A program made the translations under genes and the position numbers. A stretch of 62,932 nt of DNA, counting the filler, from Octopus bimaculoides (lineage: Eukaryota): the NCBI RefSeq assembly GCF_001194135.2. It is 4 parts of 3 records of this genome, joined end to end, with 100 filler letters (N's around TTAATTAATTAA, not from the genome) between each part and the next. Parts side by side here need not be neighbours in the genome. Positions count along the whole stretch, not along the records: positions 61,022 to 62,932 come from NW_026412077.1; 3 more parts are not named here. One strand, written 5' to 3'. This document shows positions 62,258-62,932 of the stretch, in pieces. How positions within the stretch are numbered: the stretch's first letter is position 1; each line of letters begins with the position of its first letter. The notes below the pieces were generated by a model that was not told the DNA's origin, ran no database searches, and was given only the letters and a program-made list of their open reading frames with translations.

Positions 62258-62635
62258 TTGAATGTGCGCTCGCGTGTGTGTGTGTGCACGAATATCGTTA
62301 TGGTTCGAAAACAAGAAGCCTATTGTTTGTTTGTTTGTTTGGTGGATGTTCCCGTCAGCTACTTCTACATTTCTTGCCCGTTTACCATTCTAGTATTTGT
62401 AGAGTATAAGCATGAGTGGCACTCATAGAACATAGAGATGTTGCTGTTGTTGTTGTTGTTGTTTTTCTGGCTCTTGTTAATGGTGGTGGTAGTGGTGGTG
62501 GTGGGGAAAAGGCCACTAAGTGCAAAGAGTTAAGTTATGGTTCTCTGCAGTAAGATCTATGGAGATACGTTTTGAAAAAAAAAGCTGGATTGATTTAGAT
62601 TCATTCGCAAACTCCACATACACGCGCGGACAGGG

Positions 62636-62675
<40 letters not shown>

Positions 62676-62932
62676 GTGTGTGCGTGTNNNNNNNNNNNNN
62701 NNNNNNNNNNNNNNNNNNNNNNNNNNNNGTGTGTGTGTGTGCGTGTGTGTGTGCGTGTGTGTGTGCGTGTGTGTGTGCGTGTGTGTGTGCGCGTTCGCGA
62801 AAGACTGTTACGTGAAACTCGGAATAACATTTTTTTATATACACTTATAGTGTATTACTGTATGTATTATGTATTTATGTATTAATGTACGTACATATTA
62901 GACTTATTGTTTGTAAGCCTAGTACTTATTCT

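Overview
Eukaryotic, AT-rich, repeat-saturated draft-assembly sequence with many N gaps. The SINE families and microsatellite load suggest an octopus genome (inference). I recognise no host protein-coding gene: the long ORFs in the track are microsatellite or gap artefacts, or antisense to retroelements. The window holds dozens of tRNA-derived SINEs (here called families A-F), four to five RTE-clade LINE relics, a Penelope-like (PLE) RT relic, decayed DNA transposons (Chapaev3-like, mariner D,D34D-like, maT D,D37D-like) and hAT, Tigger and piggyBac-type MITEs. The most interesting signal is a set of minimal type I hammerhead-ribozyme (HHR) motifs. Five non-homologous ones each carry a different self-complementary helix III (ACGU, AUCCGGAU, ACAGCUGU, ACGCGCGU, AUCAUGAU). 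The best one (8961-9006, minus strand) lies in a 273-bp fold-back element inserted with a 13-bp target-site duplication (TSD) into an older Penelope RT. A second signal is a SINE tail variant that, in all three copies here, sits at a GAA-starting site inside another SINE. All translations, alignments and folds were done by eye, and repeat boundaries are approximate unless a TSD or TIR is cited.
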